In this document: one piece after another, positions 19,602 to 28,441 of the stretch
Numbering within the stretch: position 1 is the stretch's first letter
Layout of the letters: each line of letters begins with the position of its first letter
The notes under the pieces: generated by a model
Databases searched by the model: none
Seen by the model: only the letters and a program-made list of their open reading frames with translations
What the model was told of the DNA's origin: nothing
Assembly: GCA_004322365.1 (NCBI GenBank)
Contig: SCTS01000006.1
Location: 4,777-68,776, forward strand
DNA length: 64,000 nt
Source of the DNA: Patescibacteria group bacterium
GTDB taxonomy: Bacteria > Patescibacteriota > Minisyncoccia > Phycocordibacterales > Phycocordibacteraceae
Reading direction: 5' to 3'
Position numbers and translations under genes: made by a program

Positions 19602-20132
19602 TTATTTTACTTCTGCCACGAGCGCTCCGAGAGTCGGGCTACCACTCCACTTTTTAATAAGGTTTCCGTCTTTATCAACCTGCACAAAAGTGTGCTGATA
19701 TGTCACGCCGTACTTTTGTTTAAGCGCAGTAGAGGTATCGTAGTTCACATCTAATATCGAAAGACCTGGAGGAATCTTTGAAAGATTAGCTTTAATATCG
19801 GCATCTATTGTTCTACACGTTGGACACCAGCTGGCTTGGAAAAACAACACTACATCATGGGTAGCCGAAGCTACTGCTACTTTTTCAGGTGCATATGCTT
19901 CATATGATCCCGCTTTCATCATAGTATCGCTCGTATCCATCATGCTATCGGTCTGAGTGGTGTCGGCTTTCATCATTTCTTCCCCCTCTTTCGGTGTATC
20001 TTTCATCATTGCTGAATCAGCCTTTTTAGTATCCATCATTGTGTCATCCTTACTGTTGAGGAATGCATACACCCCTCCAGCAATCACCACTAACGCTATA
20101 ACTCCGATAATAATTCCTATGTTTTTGTTCAT
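19602..20132 (-). CDS. membrane-anchored thioredoxin-like protein with Met-rich linker
   Basis: TM helix, MM-rich segment (MMDTKKADSAMMKD..EEMMKAD..SMMDTSDTMMK), WCPTC active site. Confidence 0.65.
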   Translation of the reverse strand: MNKNIGIIIGVIALVVIAGGVYAFLNSKDDTMMDTKKADSAMMKDTPKEGEEMMKADTTQTDSMMDTSDTMMKAGSYEAYAPEKVAVASATHDVVLFFQASWCPTCRTIDADIKANLSKIPPGLSILDVNYDTSTALKQKYGVTYQHTFVQVDKDGNLIKKWSGSPTLGALVAEVK

Positions 20133-20185
20133 AAAAAATAGTGATATTTATTAATTACTTCTGTACCTAGTACTATAAATAAAAG

Positions 20186-20221
20186 AAAAACAGATGTAAA
20201 GTAGACTTTACATCTGTTTTT
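20186..20221. terminator. bidirectional rho-independent terminator
   Basis: AAAAA-CAGATGTAAAG-taga-CTTTACATCTG-TTTTT. 11-bp perfect stem flanked by an A-run and a T-run. Confidence 0.7.
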
Positions 20222-20245
20222 GGGGAAAACTTACACATGTAGCCT

Positions 20246-20608
20246 CTAGAGGTTTGTATCGCTCCATGTTCGAGTACCAATCTTGACCACCACCATTGCA
20301 ATGAGAGCAATAACGAGCCATGGATCTACCGCGTGTGTATAGCCTTGAATCACTATGCCAAGGGTAAGTACGCCTGATCCTGCAAGAAATGCGTTTCTTC
20401 CAGCAAGGGCACGGTGCTGGGCATCACGCTCGTCAACCAAACTTTCTCGAAGAATGAAGCTGGCAAATATCCCGAAAAGTCCTAACGTTAGCGCCAGCAT
20501 GCCCATCACCATCATGTCTGGCATCCAGAAATGAAATGGATTAAGTAGCAAAATTGCAATTGCAATCAAAGCTACGGTAACAATGATTTCTTTAAGATTA
20601 TTTTTCAT
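20246..20608 (-). CDS. small polytopic membrane protein, cotranscribed partner of the XRE regulator
   Basis: 4 TM helices; overlaps the XRE gene by 11 nt. Confidence 0.4.
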   Translation of the reverse strand: MKNNLKEIIVTVALIAIAILLLNPFHFWMPDMMVMGMLALTLGLFGIFASFILRESLVDERDAQHRALAGRNAFLAGSGVLTLGIVIQGYTHAVDPWLVIALIAMVVVKIGTRTWSDTNL

Positions 20609-20810
20609 AGGATATTTTAAATATTTTCTCGACAGGTATCTTAAAGAAACCGGCGATTTTTAAAGCGAGTAAAATAGATGGCGTGTAGTTCCCTTTTTCC
20701 AAGGCAATGATAGTTTGTCGACTAACATTCACTTTGGAAGCAAGATCCTCCTGCGTCATACCCATCTCCGCTCTGTATGTACTTACCTCATTTTTTATCT
20801 TTTCCTCCAT
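20598..20810 (-). CDS. XRE-family HTH transcriptional regulator
   Basis: 70 aa; MTQEDLASKVNVSRQTIIALEKG is a canonical XRE HTH. Confidence 0.75.
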   Translation of the reverse strand: MEEKIKNEVSTYRAEMGMTQEDLASKVNVSRQTIIALEKGNYTPSILLALKIAGFFKIPVEKIFKISYEK

Positions 20811-20843
20811 ATGTAATGATAATTCAATTGTACCTATCAGCCT

Positions 20844-20873
20844 ATGCTATGTAAAGAGGACTTTACATAGCAT
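20844..20873. promoter_or_regulatory. perfect 13-bp-arm palindrome ATGCTATGTAAAG-agga-CTTTACATAGCAT upstream of the XRE gene; putative operator
   Basis: Read from sequence. Shares the TGTAAAG..CTTTACA core with the terminator stem at 20191-20216. Confidence 0.55.
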
Positions 20874-21168
20874 GACTGACCGCAATAATCATATCGAGGT
20901 TATACATCTCGACTGAACGAACCACAGCTCTTTTGCCTTCAGTTTGAACTAGTTCCAATTTGGAACTAGTTGCTGTTTTGATAAGCTCTTTCTCCTTGTA
21001 GATATTTTGAATATGCTTTGAGATCGCCTGCGGATTAACTCCGAACATTTTAGCCATCTGCATACGGTTTGCCCAAATAGTCTCGCGCACTGAATCCCCA
21101 CGAAGCTCAATGGCACCGTTCTTTGCTTGATACACAACTACGTTATTTTTTACTTGCTTATTTTTCAT
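20863..21168 (-). pseudogene. RhuM-family protein, N-terminal about 100 aa only (truncated)
   Basis: ETIWANRMQMAKMFG..AISKHIQNIYKEKEL..YNLDMIIAV matches the RhuM N-terminal region. Full-length family members are about 330 aa; the remainder is absent. Confidence 0.55.
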
Positions 21169-21256
21169 ACTTTAAAAAATTATACCACATCTAGGCGAAC
21201 GTTCGTTCGCCTTGGTGTGGATATTCCTGTCCCATCTATTTCGAGTAGCGATTCGA

Positions 21257-22264
21257 TCACCACTCTTGCTGTACATCAGAGAATTCTTCCTGCTTCAAAA
21301 GATAGTTTAAGCCACCCACGATAGCGGCGATCTGAGCATTGACGCAGATTTCATCGGTAACCCTAGGGCTATCGGGATACACTTCTGTGGTCGTGGTATA
21401 TACGGCGTCTGAAAAGCCAGCGCACAACTTGGACTCTTTGAAATCATAGTTAACCACTCCTTCTTGCTCGAGCGGAGTTCCGATAATGTTGCCATTTTCA
21501 TCAGCTTGAGCGATGTGGGTTACCTCTCTAACCGACTCGATGATAGCTTTCTGAAAATCCGCCTGCGGATTCTTGGTATCGCCGACAGCGTAAAATCCGT
21601 CGGGGATCTCCGACCACTCCTCGGCTTTTCCATCCCGCTCGCCTTTCGCTGGTCGGAAAACGGTGTTGTCGGTGTCGGTCGTCTCGTGAAGATCAAAATG
21701 TGCAAAGGGCTTGATGTCCTTCATCGCACGCAAGAAAAGCTGGCACTCCTCAACCGGACTCCCATCACGGAACGAACGATTCGGATCGAACGCCTGTGCA
21801 TTCCAACGATTAATCGTCTCGTAAGCCCAGGGACTAACACAAGGCACGCACACAAAATTAAACTTGCCGTCAAACTGTCCAGCCGCGCGTTCCAGAAATC
21901 CGAGCGCGCCTTGAACACCGCTGGTTTCATAACCGTGTACGCCACCAGTGATTAAAATCGTTTTTTTGTCGGGAGAAAAATTTGGAGATTTTAGAAGATA
22001 GAGCGGGTAACGCTTTGGATCCTGCGAGAGCGCTCCGTATTGCTGAACTTCGAATCTGCCCCTCAGCTCTAAGACTCTGCCAACAACTTCTTCGTTATAA
22101 GAGCGCTTAGGTGTTTGCTCTCGAGACCAGCGGTCGACATCCGTCTTCGTCCACTTCCAATCTTCCATTCCGGTCAGGCTGACTTTGGAGCGGGTTTCCT
22201 TAGACAATTCGGCTGCCATAGTTCTTCTACCGTACAATTTAGATACTCTCTTGTCAAACTCCAC
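21257..22264 (-). CDS. M14-family zinc carboxypeptidase-like protein
   Basis: HGYE (HxxE) and downstream DLHE His motifs. The DNA is locally GC-rich (about 50%) relative to its neighbours. Confidence 0.5.
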   Translation of the reverse strand: MEFDKRVSKLYGRRTMAAELSKETRSKVSLTGMEDWKWTKTDVDRWSREQTPKRSYNEEVVGRVLELRGRFEVQQYGALSQDPKRYPLYLLKSPNFSPDKKTILITGGVHGYETSGVQGALGFLERAAGQFDGKFNFVCVPCVSPWAYETINRWNAQAFDPNRSFRDGSPVEECQLFLRAMKDIKPFAHFDLHETTDTDNTVFRPAKGERDGKAEEWSEIPDGFYAVGDTKNPQADFQKAIIESVREVTHIAQADENGNIIGTPLEQEGVVNYDFKESKLCAGFSDAVYTTTTEVYPDSPRVTDEICVNAQIAAIVGGLNYLLKQEEFSDVQQEW

Positions 22265-22314
22265 TTCATTTGAATCCGTAAGAAATCCTTACAAGTTGCC
22301 CTTCACCTCACTAC

Positions 22315-23820
22315 TCAACTAACCATGTCTCGGAGGTGCTTCCAAATTTGGTACATAGCGTAGGTATCAAGGGCGCAGTATGTTCTCAGGTCTTTGGCAA
22401 TCTTCGCCCGCTCTTGTTCTGTAATAGTTGGAGAAATCATTTGCCACCACGCATCTGATGCCGCACCACCTTCAGAAATATCTAAGTCAGCGTGGCGAAC
22501 TCCTTCCACAAGCGCAGGGAGTACTTTCTTAATAGAAGTCTTTCCACGAAAATCGGGATGCACATAATACTGCTTTTGAAATACATCTCGAAGATCGTAC
22601 ATCTGTGTATTTATACGCTCCAAAGCAATACGCTCATCAGGTTGCCTGAGAGCTAGTTCCCTATTCACTCCCTGCTCAAAGCTCTTATTCCACGAAATTA
22701 CACTACCCTCCGGAAGAATATGTTCCGCCAACATTTCAGCTACTTTCTCGGAAGGGTCAGAGCACTCTTCGTGAAGATACTCCACATGTCGAACTTCACC
22801 GGCAGGAGTATCCAAAATATGAAGTGAAAATTGAAACGGAATTCGCTTGTATGGGCTGTAGCCCGTAAACATAGGTATGGCTGGGGCAAAAGTTTCGTAG
22901 TCCAAAAAGTAGAGAGGAAATATGAGTGCCTCTATCTCCGCGCGAATAGCATCAAGGTCAATAATAGGTTTCTGATTTCTATACACGAGGAGCTGATTCA
23001 ATTGAATATCACTCAAATCTACATCCGCAGGAACATCATCCAAACTAAACACTTCTCGCTCCACCAGCGTTGCTAGTTTCTTCTTACTACTGCCAATCCG
23101 TGCCAAGTCGTGAATAGAATATTCAGGAACCTGCGGATTAGAATGTTTGAATGTTGAGCAATGAGCGCTCCGTCCTGAAAAGATACAGTCACATCCTTTC
23201 ATGGGCTCTTCTGTTTGTGTCAGGTGATATTTGGCCGCCTCCATCTGCTCTTCAACCTGAGGCATGCGTGCAATAACCTTCTCGGTCATATCTTCTACTC
23301 TAAACAACTCCTCCGGAACAAGGTCACCCATGCGTACATATTCTTTATTAAGGTGAATGATGAAAAATTTTCCTGTCTGAACTTTTGCGCGCTTCAAAAC
23401 AGATGCTTGAAAAGTAAGGTCGTCTATATGATCACGAGTCTTCCCCTCCTCCTTAATTGAGTTTGTGCCTTTTATTTCATACAGATCGAAGCACGCATTC
23501 TTTTTGTCGTACGCAAGCGCATCGTTTTTTGCAATAAACCCGTCAACAACAAATGTTGCTTGAAATATCGCAGGTATTTCTGCAAGCATAAACCGCTCTG
23601 TTTCTCGTACCGCTTCATCTCCGGTTTCAGTAACGAGCACACCTCCAGGGAAAAGATTTCGGGCATACGCTTCAACTTCATTTCCCTGCTCAGCTAATTG
23701 AAGTTCAAACGCTGAAAGTGAAAAAAGCTTCATAAGCTCAGGCCTATGAAGCTTGAGCCAGATGTTCTTTGGACACATCAGGAATTCGAGGAAAGTTGTT
23801 TTGGAGATGAGGGTGGACAC
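22315..23820 (-). CDS. DUF2779-type nuclease (Cas4/RecB-like PD-(D/E)xK region with Cys cluster plus C-terminal DxE exonuclease-like region)
   Basis: DLYEIKGT (E-x-K), CDCIFSGRSAHC cluster, YFLDYETF motif. 501 aa. Confidence 0.5.
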   Translation of the reverse strand: MSTLISKTTFLEFLMCPKNIWLKLHRPELMKLFSLSAFELQLAEQGNEVEAYARNLFPGGVLVTETGDEAVRETERFMLAEIPAIFQATFVVDGFIAKNDALAYDKKNACFDLYEIKGTNSIKEEGKTRDHIDDLTFQASVLKRAKVQTGKFFIIHLNKEYVRMGDLVPEELFRVEDMTEKVIARMPQVEEQMEAAKYHLTQTEEPMKGCDCIFSGRSAHCSTFKHSNPQVPEYSIHDLARIGSSKKKLATLVEREVFSLDDVPADVDLSDIQLNQLLVYRNQKPIIDLDAIRAEIEALIFPLYFLDYETFAPAIPMFTGYSPYKRIPFQFSLHILDTPAGEVRHVEYLHEECSDPSEKVAEMLAEHILPEGSVISWNKSFEQGVNRELALRQPDERIALERINTQMYDLRDVFQKQYYVHPDFRGKTSIKKVLPALVEGVRHADLDISEGGAASDAWWQMISPTITEQERAKIAKDLRTYCALDTYAMYQIWKHLRDMVS

Positions 23821-23846
23821 GAGATGTACCCAATACTATATAGTGT

Positions 23847-24602
23847 TTATGGAAGTTTCTGAAACACAAACAAATGCTCGTGCATTATCAATAAGAAATT
23901 CGCCTCTTTAGATTTAGTAACCCAAAATCCAGTGGCTTTGCAGTTAAACTGCCTCTTTATAATGTCTTCCTTTAAAACAAAACCGACTTTCAAAAATCTA
24001 TCCATCACCTTAAATGCAAGGGGTTGATACATTTTATTTCTGCGTGTATCTCCCATCAAAATGGCACAAAATTTTCCTGGCTTTAAAACCCTATAAAGCT
24101 CCTGTGCGACTTTCTCAATTTCATCAACAAAAGCATCTATATTATGTATCCCTGACAAATCCTCTTCTATTTTCCCCTCACTATATTTAATAATGTCTGC
24201 GTATGGAGGATGAGTTAAAACAAAATCAATTTCATTATCTTTAATAAAACTCATATCCCTCGCATCACATTTCACTACTCGCTGTTTTGCCTTATTATCA
24301 ACTTCAAATTCGAGAGATTTTTTCGTTCTCTCCAATGCCACCTCATTTACATCAATGCAAGTAATATGGCGATTTAATATCTTTGCTTCAATTGCTGTCG
24401 TACCCCCACCGATCATGCAATCGAGTAAATGATCCTTTTCTTTTGAATACCGCAAAATAAGGTTGCGAACAACCTCGGGTGCCCAATTACCTCGCCAATC
24501 TGACTTATGTGTTGCCCAATTACCTCTCCGTGGAAATGCCCAGACCGTGGTACATTCCAGTTCAAAATCGTCGGGATGAAGTTTGAAATCTTTTGTAGGC
24601 AT
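23847..24602 (-). CDS. DNA methyltransferase, N6-adenine/N4-cytosine class (second methylase of R-M cassette)
   Basis: AdoMet motif LLDCMIGGGTTAIEA, acidic motif II, HPPY catalytic motif. Confidence 0.65.
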   Translation of the reverse strand: MPTKDFKLHPDDFELECTTVWAFPRRGNWATHKSDWRGNWAPEVVRNLILRYSKEKDHLLDCMIGGGTTAIEAKILNRHITCIDVNEVALERTKKSLEFEVDNKAKQRVVKCDARDMSFIKDNEIDFVLTHPPYADIIKYSEGKIEEDLSGIHNIDAFVDEIEKVAQELYRVLKPGKFCAILMGDTRRNKMYQPLAFKVMDRFLKVGFVLKEDIIKRQFNCKATGFWVTKSKEANFLLIMHEHLFVFQKLP

Positions 24603-25411
24603 TATTTTACTTGTAGAATATATTTTTTACTTTTAGATACACTCATCCCGATACTAGATTCTGAGGTATCCTCAATCAAATCATAAGCCCAATACTCAAC
24701 ACCTATTTTATTTGTCACTGCCAATAAAACTAACGAATGCACTTTTTTATTCTGTAGCAATTTTTTCCACTTAAGCATCGGGAGTAAAGCCTGATTAACA
24801 TCAAATTTCGTTTGAGTAAACGAACTCTTCATTTCTACAATTACAACAGTCTCTGGCCACTCAAAACCTCCATCTATTTCAATTTGTGCTTTAGTCATAT
24901 CAACGCTCTTACCACCAACAATAAGATGAATATCTGCTTTTTGACGACCTCCTGTAAACAACACTCCATTTTCACTTAAACTATAAAAATCAGAAATGAT
25001 ACCAGCATGGTTTGCGATCGCCAAAAGAGTGGTCTCCCCAGGGTTTGAGTTTAAAGCCAGCGTTTCCTTGATTCCCGCAAGCATCCCTTCAGTTAATTCA
25101 TTTTTTATCTTAAAAATTCCACCAACTGTCGGCTCTTGAAAATCAATACCCGGTGGACTTTTAACAATTTTCCATGAACTACGACTTATGGGAATTTTCA
25201 CTATCCCTCTTTTCTGAACAGCATTCACATGTTTTGAACTTGAATGAAATATACGGATTTCTCCTTGCCCTGATTTCGTATATTTTGATAAAATAGGTTC
25301 TAAATCCGATTTATCATATTCAACAACATCAACACCTTTCGGTCTTTTGTCCCATTTTTTCTTTAAAAGAATCTCCCAAGCCTCCTCTTTCCATGAATCC
25401 TTCTTGGGCAT
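24602..25411 (-). CDS. putative Type II restriction endonuclease (middle gene of M1-R-M2 cassette)
   Basis: Assigned by its position between the two methylases, as in mboA-mboB-mboC. Possible PD..(E)xK region VVIVEMKSS. No direct family recognition. Confidence 0.4.
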   Translation of the reverse strand: MPKKDSWKEEAWEILLKKKWDKRPKGVDVVEYDKSDLEPILSKYTKSGQGEIRIFHSSSKHVNAVQKRGIVKIPISRSSWKIVKSPPGIDFQEPTVGGIFKIKNELTEGMLAGIKETLALNSNPGETTLLAIANHAGIISDFYSLSENGVLFTGGRQKADIHLIVGGKSVDMTKAQIEIDGGFEWPETVVIVEMKSSFTQTKFDVNQALLPMLKWKKLLQNKKVHSLVLLAVTNKIGVEYWAYDLIEDTSESSIGMSVSKSKKYILQVK

Positions 25412-25416
25412 AAATA

Positions 25417-26400
25417 TTAATAATTCGTTACCAAAACCTCATTGATTTTTCCTCTTTTCGAGGCATCTGAATTGATCATTCTTCCTGCTTTTATTTTGTG
25501 AATATTTATTTTTCTATCCTTAATTTCTGTATAGATTTTGTTTATGAAGGGAGTGTCAGAATTTGAAAGCATCACAAAACACCCACGCTTATGCAATTCT
25601 AAAAAAGTATCGCGAAGTTCAATTTGTTCTTTTTCTAAAAACTCTTCTGCAGTGTACGCAGTAAACGAAGCGGTTTTGCTAACTGGGTAATAAGGGGGGT
25701 CAAGGTAGATGAAGTCACCTTTTTGGGCGTATCGAAGAACCTTCTTGTAATCAGCAACCTTTATTTCCGTGTGTTGAAGTGTCTCTGACACTTTACGCAA
25801 ATTTTCTACATCACAAATGAGAGGATTAGAGTGCCTTCCAAAAGGTATATTGAACTTTCCACTTTTATTCACGCGATACATGCCGTTAAAACCTGCACGA
25901 TTCAAAAAGATAAAACGAGAAGCTACTTCCACGTCTGACAAAGAAACTGGATCCTGTGCACGCACTTTGTAATAATATTTTTCTTCGTACCGATGTTTTT
26001 TTAGAGACTTTATGAGCGATCCAACATCATCACGAATCACTTTATATGTGGTAACAAGTTCAGCGTTGCTATCAGAAAGGTAGGCCTTCTCTGGCTCAAG
26101 ATCAAAAAAAACTGCACCGCCTCCAACAAATGGTTCGAAATATCTATGTCGCACAGGATCAAACCCATCGGGAGGATAAAGCCCCAACTCCTTAAATTGT
26201 TTTAGTAGTTGTCTTTTACCGCCAACCCACTTTATAAAGGGCTTTGCCTTATGAGCGATTGCATGCGATGGCCCTAGAGGGAGCTTTCCTGTGACGTTTT
26301 TTACCGCAAGAACATGGGCATAGATACGATTGATGCCAAATTCAGCCTGATAGACCTTAGCAGCCTTTTTTATTACGGCGTCGTTTGTTACAGCGCTCAT
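25417..26400 (-). CDS. Dam-family (D12 class) N6-adenine DNA methyltransferase
   Basis: KWVGGKRQLL AdoMet motif and DPPY catalytic motif. 327 aa. Confidence 0.8.
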   Translation of the reverse strand: MSAVTNDAVIKKAAKVYQAEFGINRIYAHVLAVKNVTGKLPLGPSHAIAHKAKPFIKWVGGKRQLLKQFKELGLYPPDGFDPVRHRYFEPFVGGGAVFFDLEPEKAYLSDSNAELVTTYKVIRDDVGSLIKSLKKHRYEEKYYYKVRAQDPVSLSDVEVASRFIFLNRAGFNGMYRVNKSGKFNIPFGRHSNPLICDVENLRKVSETLQHTEIKVADYKKVLRYAQKGDFIYLDPPYYPVSKTASFTAYTAEEFLEKEQIELRDTFLELHKRGCFVMLSNSDTPFINKIYTEIKDRKINIHKIKAGRMINSDASKRGKINEVLVTNY

Positions 26401-26479
26401 AGAAGTTAATTATTAACCATATTGTAACATCCCATTTATTGGTGCGACTGCGCTAGGAACTTGGTACGAAGTTGGAACC

Positions 26480-27052
26480 TTATTGAGTAAAGCCTTCCGG
26501 TAATTCCATGTCAGAAGGTAGGCCCATTTGAGCTAAAGGGTTTTTAGTAAGATTAACTTCAGAAAAATGAGCGTTGCCTGAAAGGAACTCCTGCTGGAGT
26601 TTATCGGGCATGTATATTTTATTTGAGGGGGATTTTATGTTGTGCAGGTATATATTTCTCAAATTGAAGGTGAGTTCATCGACTGAGTTGATAATTTCTT
26701 GGCAATTGGAATTTGCTCCCGCTTCTCCGTATCGGTGAATCAAATAACCTTCCGACAATTGTTTTAAGAATTCAACCTTGTGCGGATCACCAAGGATTGT
26801 AGAAAAGTAGGGGTCTCTACTTTTGTACTTTATCAAAAGTTTAATTAAGTCGTGTCCTCGCTCTTTTTCGTAATTTAGTCTGAGTATAGCTTTGACGTAC
26901 AATTCGATTGCTTGATGGGCATTTGAACAGCCCACCGACACCCAACCATACGAGAGAGCGCGGCGTGCACTTATATAAAATGCGTCGGCGTTAGAAAATA
27001 AAAAAATAAAATCTAAGGCCCCATTTTTAATTAGTTCAAAAGGTTTATCCAT
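26480..27052 (-). CDS. HEPN-like helical protein
   Basis: All-helical; R-x4-H motif (RNIYLH) near the C-terminal region, consistent with HEPN. No closer family call is possible. Confidence 0.35.
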   Translation of the reverse strand: MDKPFELIKNGALDFIFLFSNADAFYISARRALSYGWVSVGCSNAHQAIELYVKAILRLNYEKERGHDLIKLLIKYKSRDPYFSTILGDPHKVEFLKQLSEGYLIHRYGEAGANSNCQEIINSVDELTFNLRNIYLHNIKSPSNKIYMPDKLQQEFLSGNAHFSEVNLTKNPLAQMGLPSDMELPEGFTQ

Positions 27053-27150
27053 AATTTGCTGGGAAATAGGGATTCGGATAATTTTCAGTCAAGCCCCATA
27101 AGGTTTTTAGCCGGTTTTTTGACTCAGACTCAAGCTCTTCGGAATGGAGA

Positions 27151-28038
27151 TCATGCCTTTAAATTTGCCTGAATTTCTCCAATAAGATCGTATATATAAT
27201 CGACCGGTAGTGCTACGGAATAACCCGAGTTTTGTAAATTTGTATTATATAACTCTGGAAATCGAACGTTCCTCCATTGATCAACAAAGGGAACGAACTG
27301 AACAACTACCCCAATGAGATGGATGTCTCCATTTCCTAACCCTGTTGCGTTCATTTCTAATACAAGCCCCCCGCTATTTCCACCATACACAGGACAGTCA
27401 AGAATCAAGGATTTATTTATATTATTTTTCCCAGCGATTATTCCTTTTCTAACCAAAGGGGAATCGTAATCTATCTGATTCATTTCGGGCGTACTGAGTG
27501 ACACTGGGTAGCCAAGGATAAATATATCGTTAGTGATTACCACGTCGTCGAATCGCCTGGACCCTGTCATATCATAATGTACAATCATTCCTTCGGATTT
27601 TTGAATGATTTGTATAGTTTCAAGAAAATCGATATTGCCATCTTCACTTCTCACTTCTGCCAATTTAATAACAACAATGTCTCCGCTCGCATGTGCTTTT
27701 AAATCATTTGAATCTGAGAGTGCTTCTATATTGAGCTCGAACATCTGTGGTTTGGTAGATACCTTTCCCGAAACTACAGGATAAGCAATCATCTTCATTT
27801 TCTTATCAAGTAGATTAAAAGCCTTAGTGACTTGATCTTGCTGATAGAGAACATGCTTTGCTGTCACCAAATATAACTGGTTACCATGTCTAATAATAAA
27901 ACCCGAGCCTGAACTGCCACCGACTAAAAGCTTTACTGGGTAGCTCAAGTTATCTGTAGGTAATTTCATATCAAGTTTTTTATACTTCTTGGACTTCAAA
28001 CCTATCGCAAGTTTGCTAGAAAACAGGGATTCGGTCAC
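27151..28038 (-). CDS. cytoplasmic trypsin-like (S1 family) serine peptidase
   Basis: Catalytic triad regions TAKHV (His), GDIVVIKL (Asp), GNSGGLV (Ser). No signal peptide. GTG start. Confidence 0.7.
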   Translation of the reverse strand: MTESLFSSKLAIGLKSKKYKKLDMKLPTDNLSYPVKLLVGGSSGSGFIIRHGNQLYLVTAKHVLYQQDQVTKAFNLLDKKMKMIAYPVVSGKVSTKPQMFELNIEALSDSNDLKAHASGDIVVIKLAEVRSEDGNIDFLETIQIIQKSEGMIVHYDMTGSRRFDDVVITNDIFILGYPVSLSTPEMNQIDYDSPLVRKGIIAGKNNINKSLILDCPVYGGNSGGLVLEMNATGLGNGDIHLIGVVVQFVPFVDQWRNVRFPELYNTNLQNSGYSVALPVDYIYDLIGEIQANLKA

Positions 28039-28202
28039 CCGTCACTAAGTATTTTACTCCTCAAATTCGTAAAATACTAAGTGCGCTCAATCTCGTTCTA
28101 TTTTTTTACCCCAATTAGCTTCTTGTGTTGCTATCCGCAACATCCGCGAAGTGAATTCGAGCTTTTTTGTAATGGATCGCTTCGCTCGCAAAAAACTCTA
28201 AT

Positions 28203-28245
28203 TCAAGGCTTCAAAGGCCTCTGTCCTACTGTCTAGCGAATGAGG
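28203..28245. repeat. partial degenerate copy of tRNA-Gln (D-arm to anticodon region)
   Basis: 25 nt identical to 28307-28331 of the intact tRNA-Gln, then decays. Confidence 0.55.
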
Positions 28246-28277
28246 GGAATGAAAAAGTGTTCAATTCGTGTGCACTG

Positions 28278-28348
28278 CTGGGGAACAGGGATTCGAACCC
28301 CAATTAAAGGCTTCAAAGGCCTCTGTCCTACCATTAGACGATTCCCCA
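28278..28348 (-). tRNA. tRNA-Gln (anticodon TTG)
   Basis: Manual cloverleaf: acceptor TGGGGAA/TTCCCCA, anticodon loop CTTTGAA, T-loop TTCGAAT, discriminator G. Confidence 0.8.
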
Positions 28349-28420
28349 GCGGTGAACGCGAATACTAAGATTTAAAAGAACACTTTTTCATTTCCGAGGG
28401 AGCGCTGACAGAAAGCTTTG

Positions 28421-28441
28421 CTTACCATTAGACGATTCCCC
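28421..28441. repeat. 19-nt exact copy of the 5' end of tRNA-Gln
   Basis: ACCATTAGACGATTCCCCA is identical to 28330-28348. Confidence 0.5.

Noticed and set aside
21193-21212. AGGCGAACG-TT-CGTTCGCCT palindrome between RhuM fragment and M14 gene as terminator
   Set aside because: 9-bp perfect stem but no adjacent T-run on either strand; function ambiguous.
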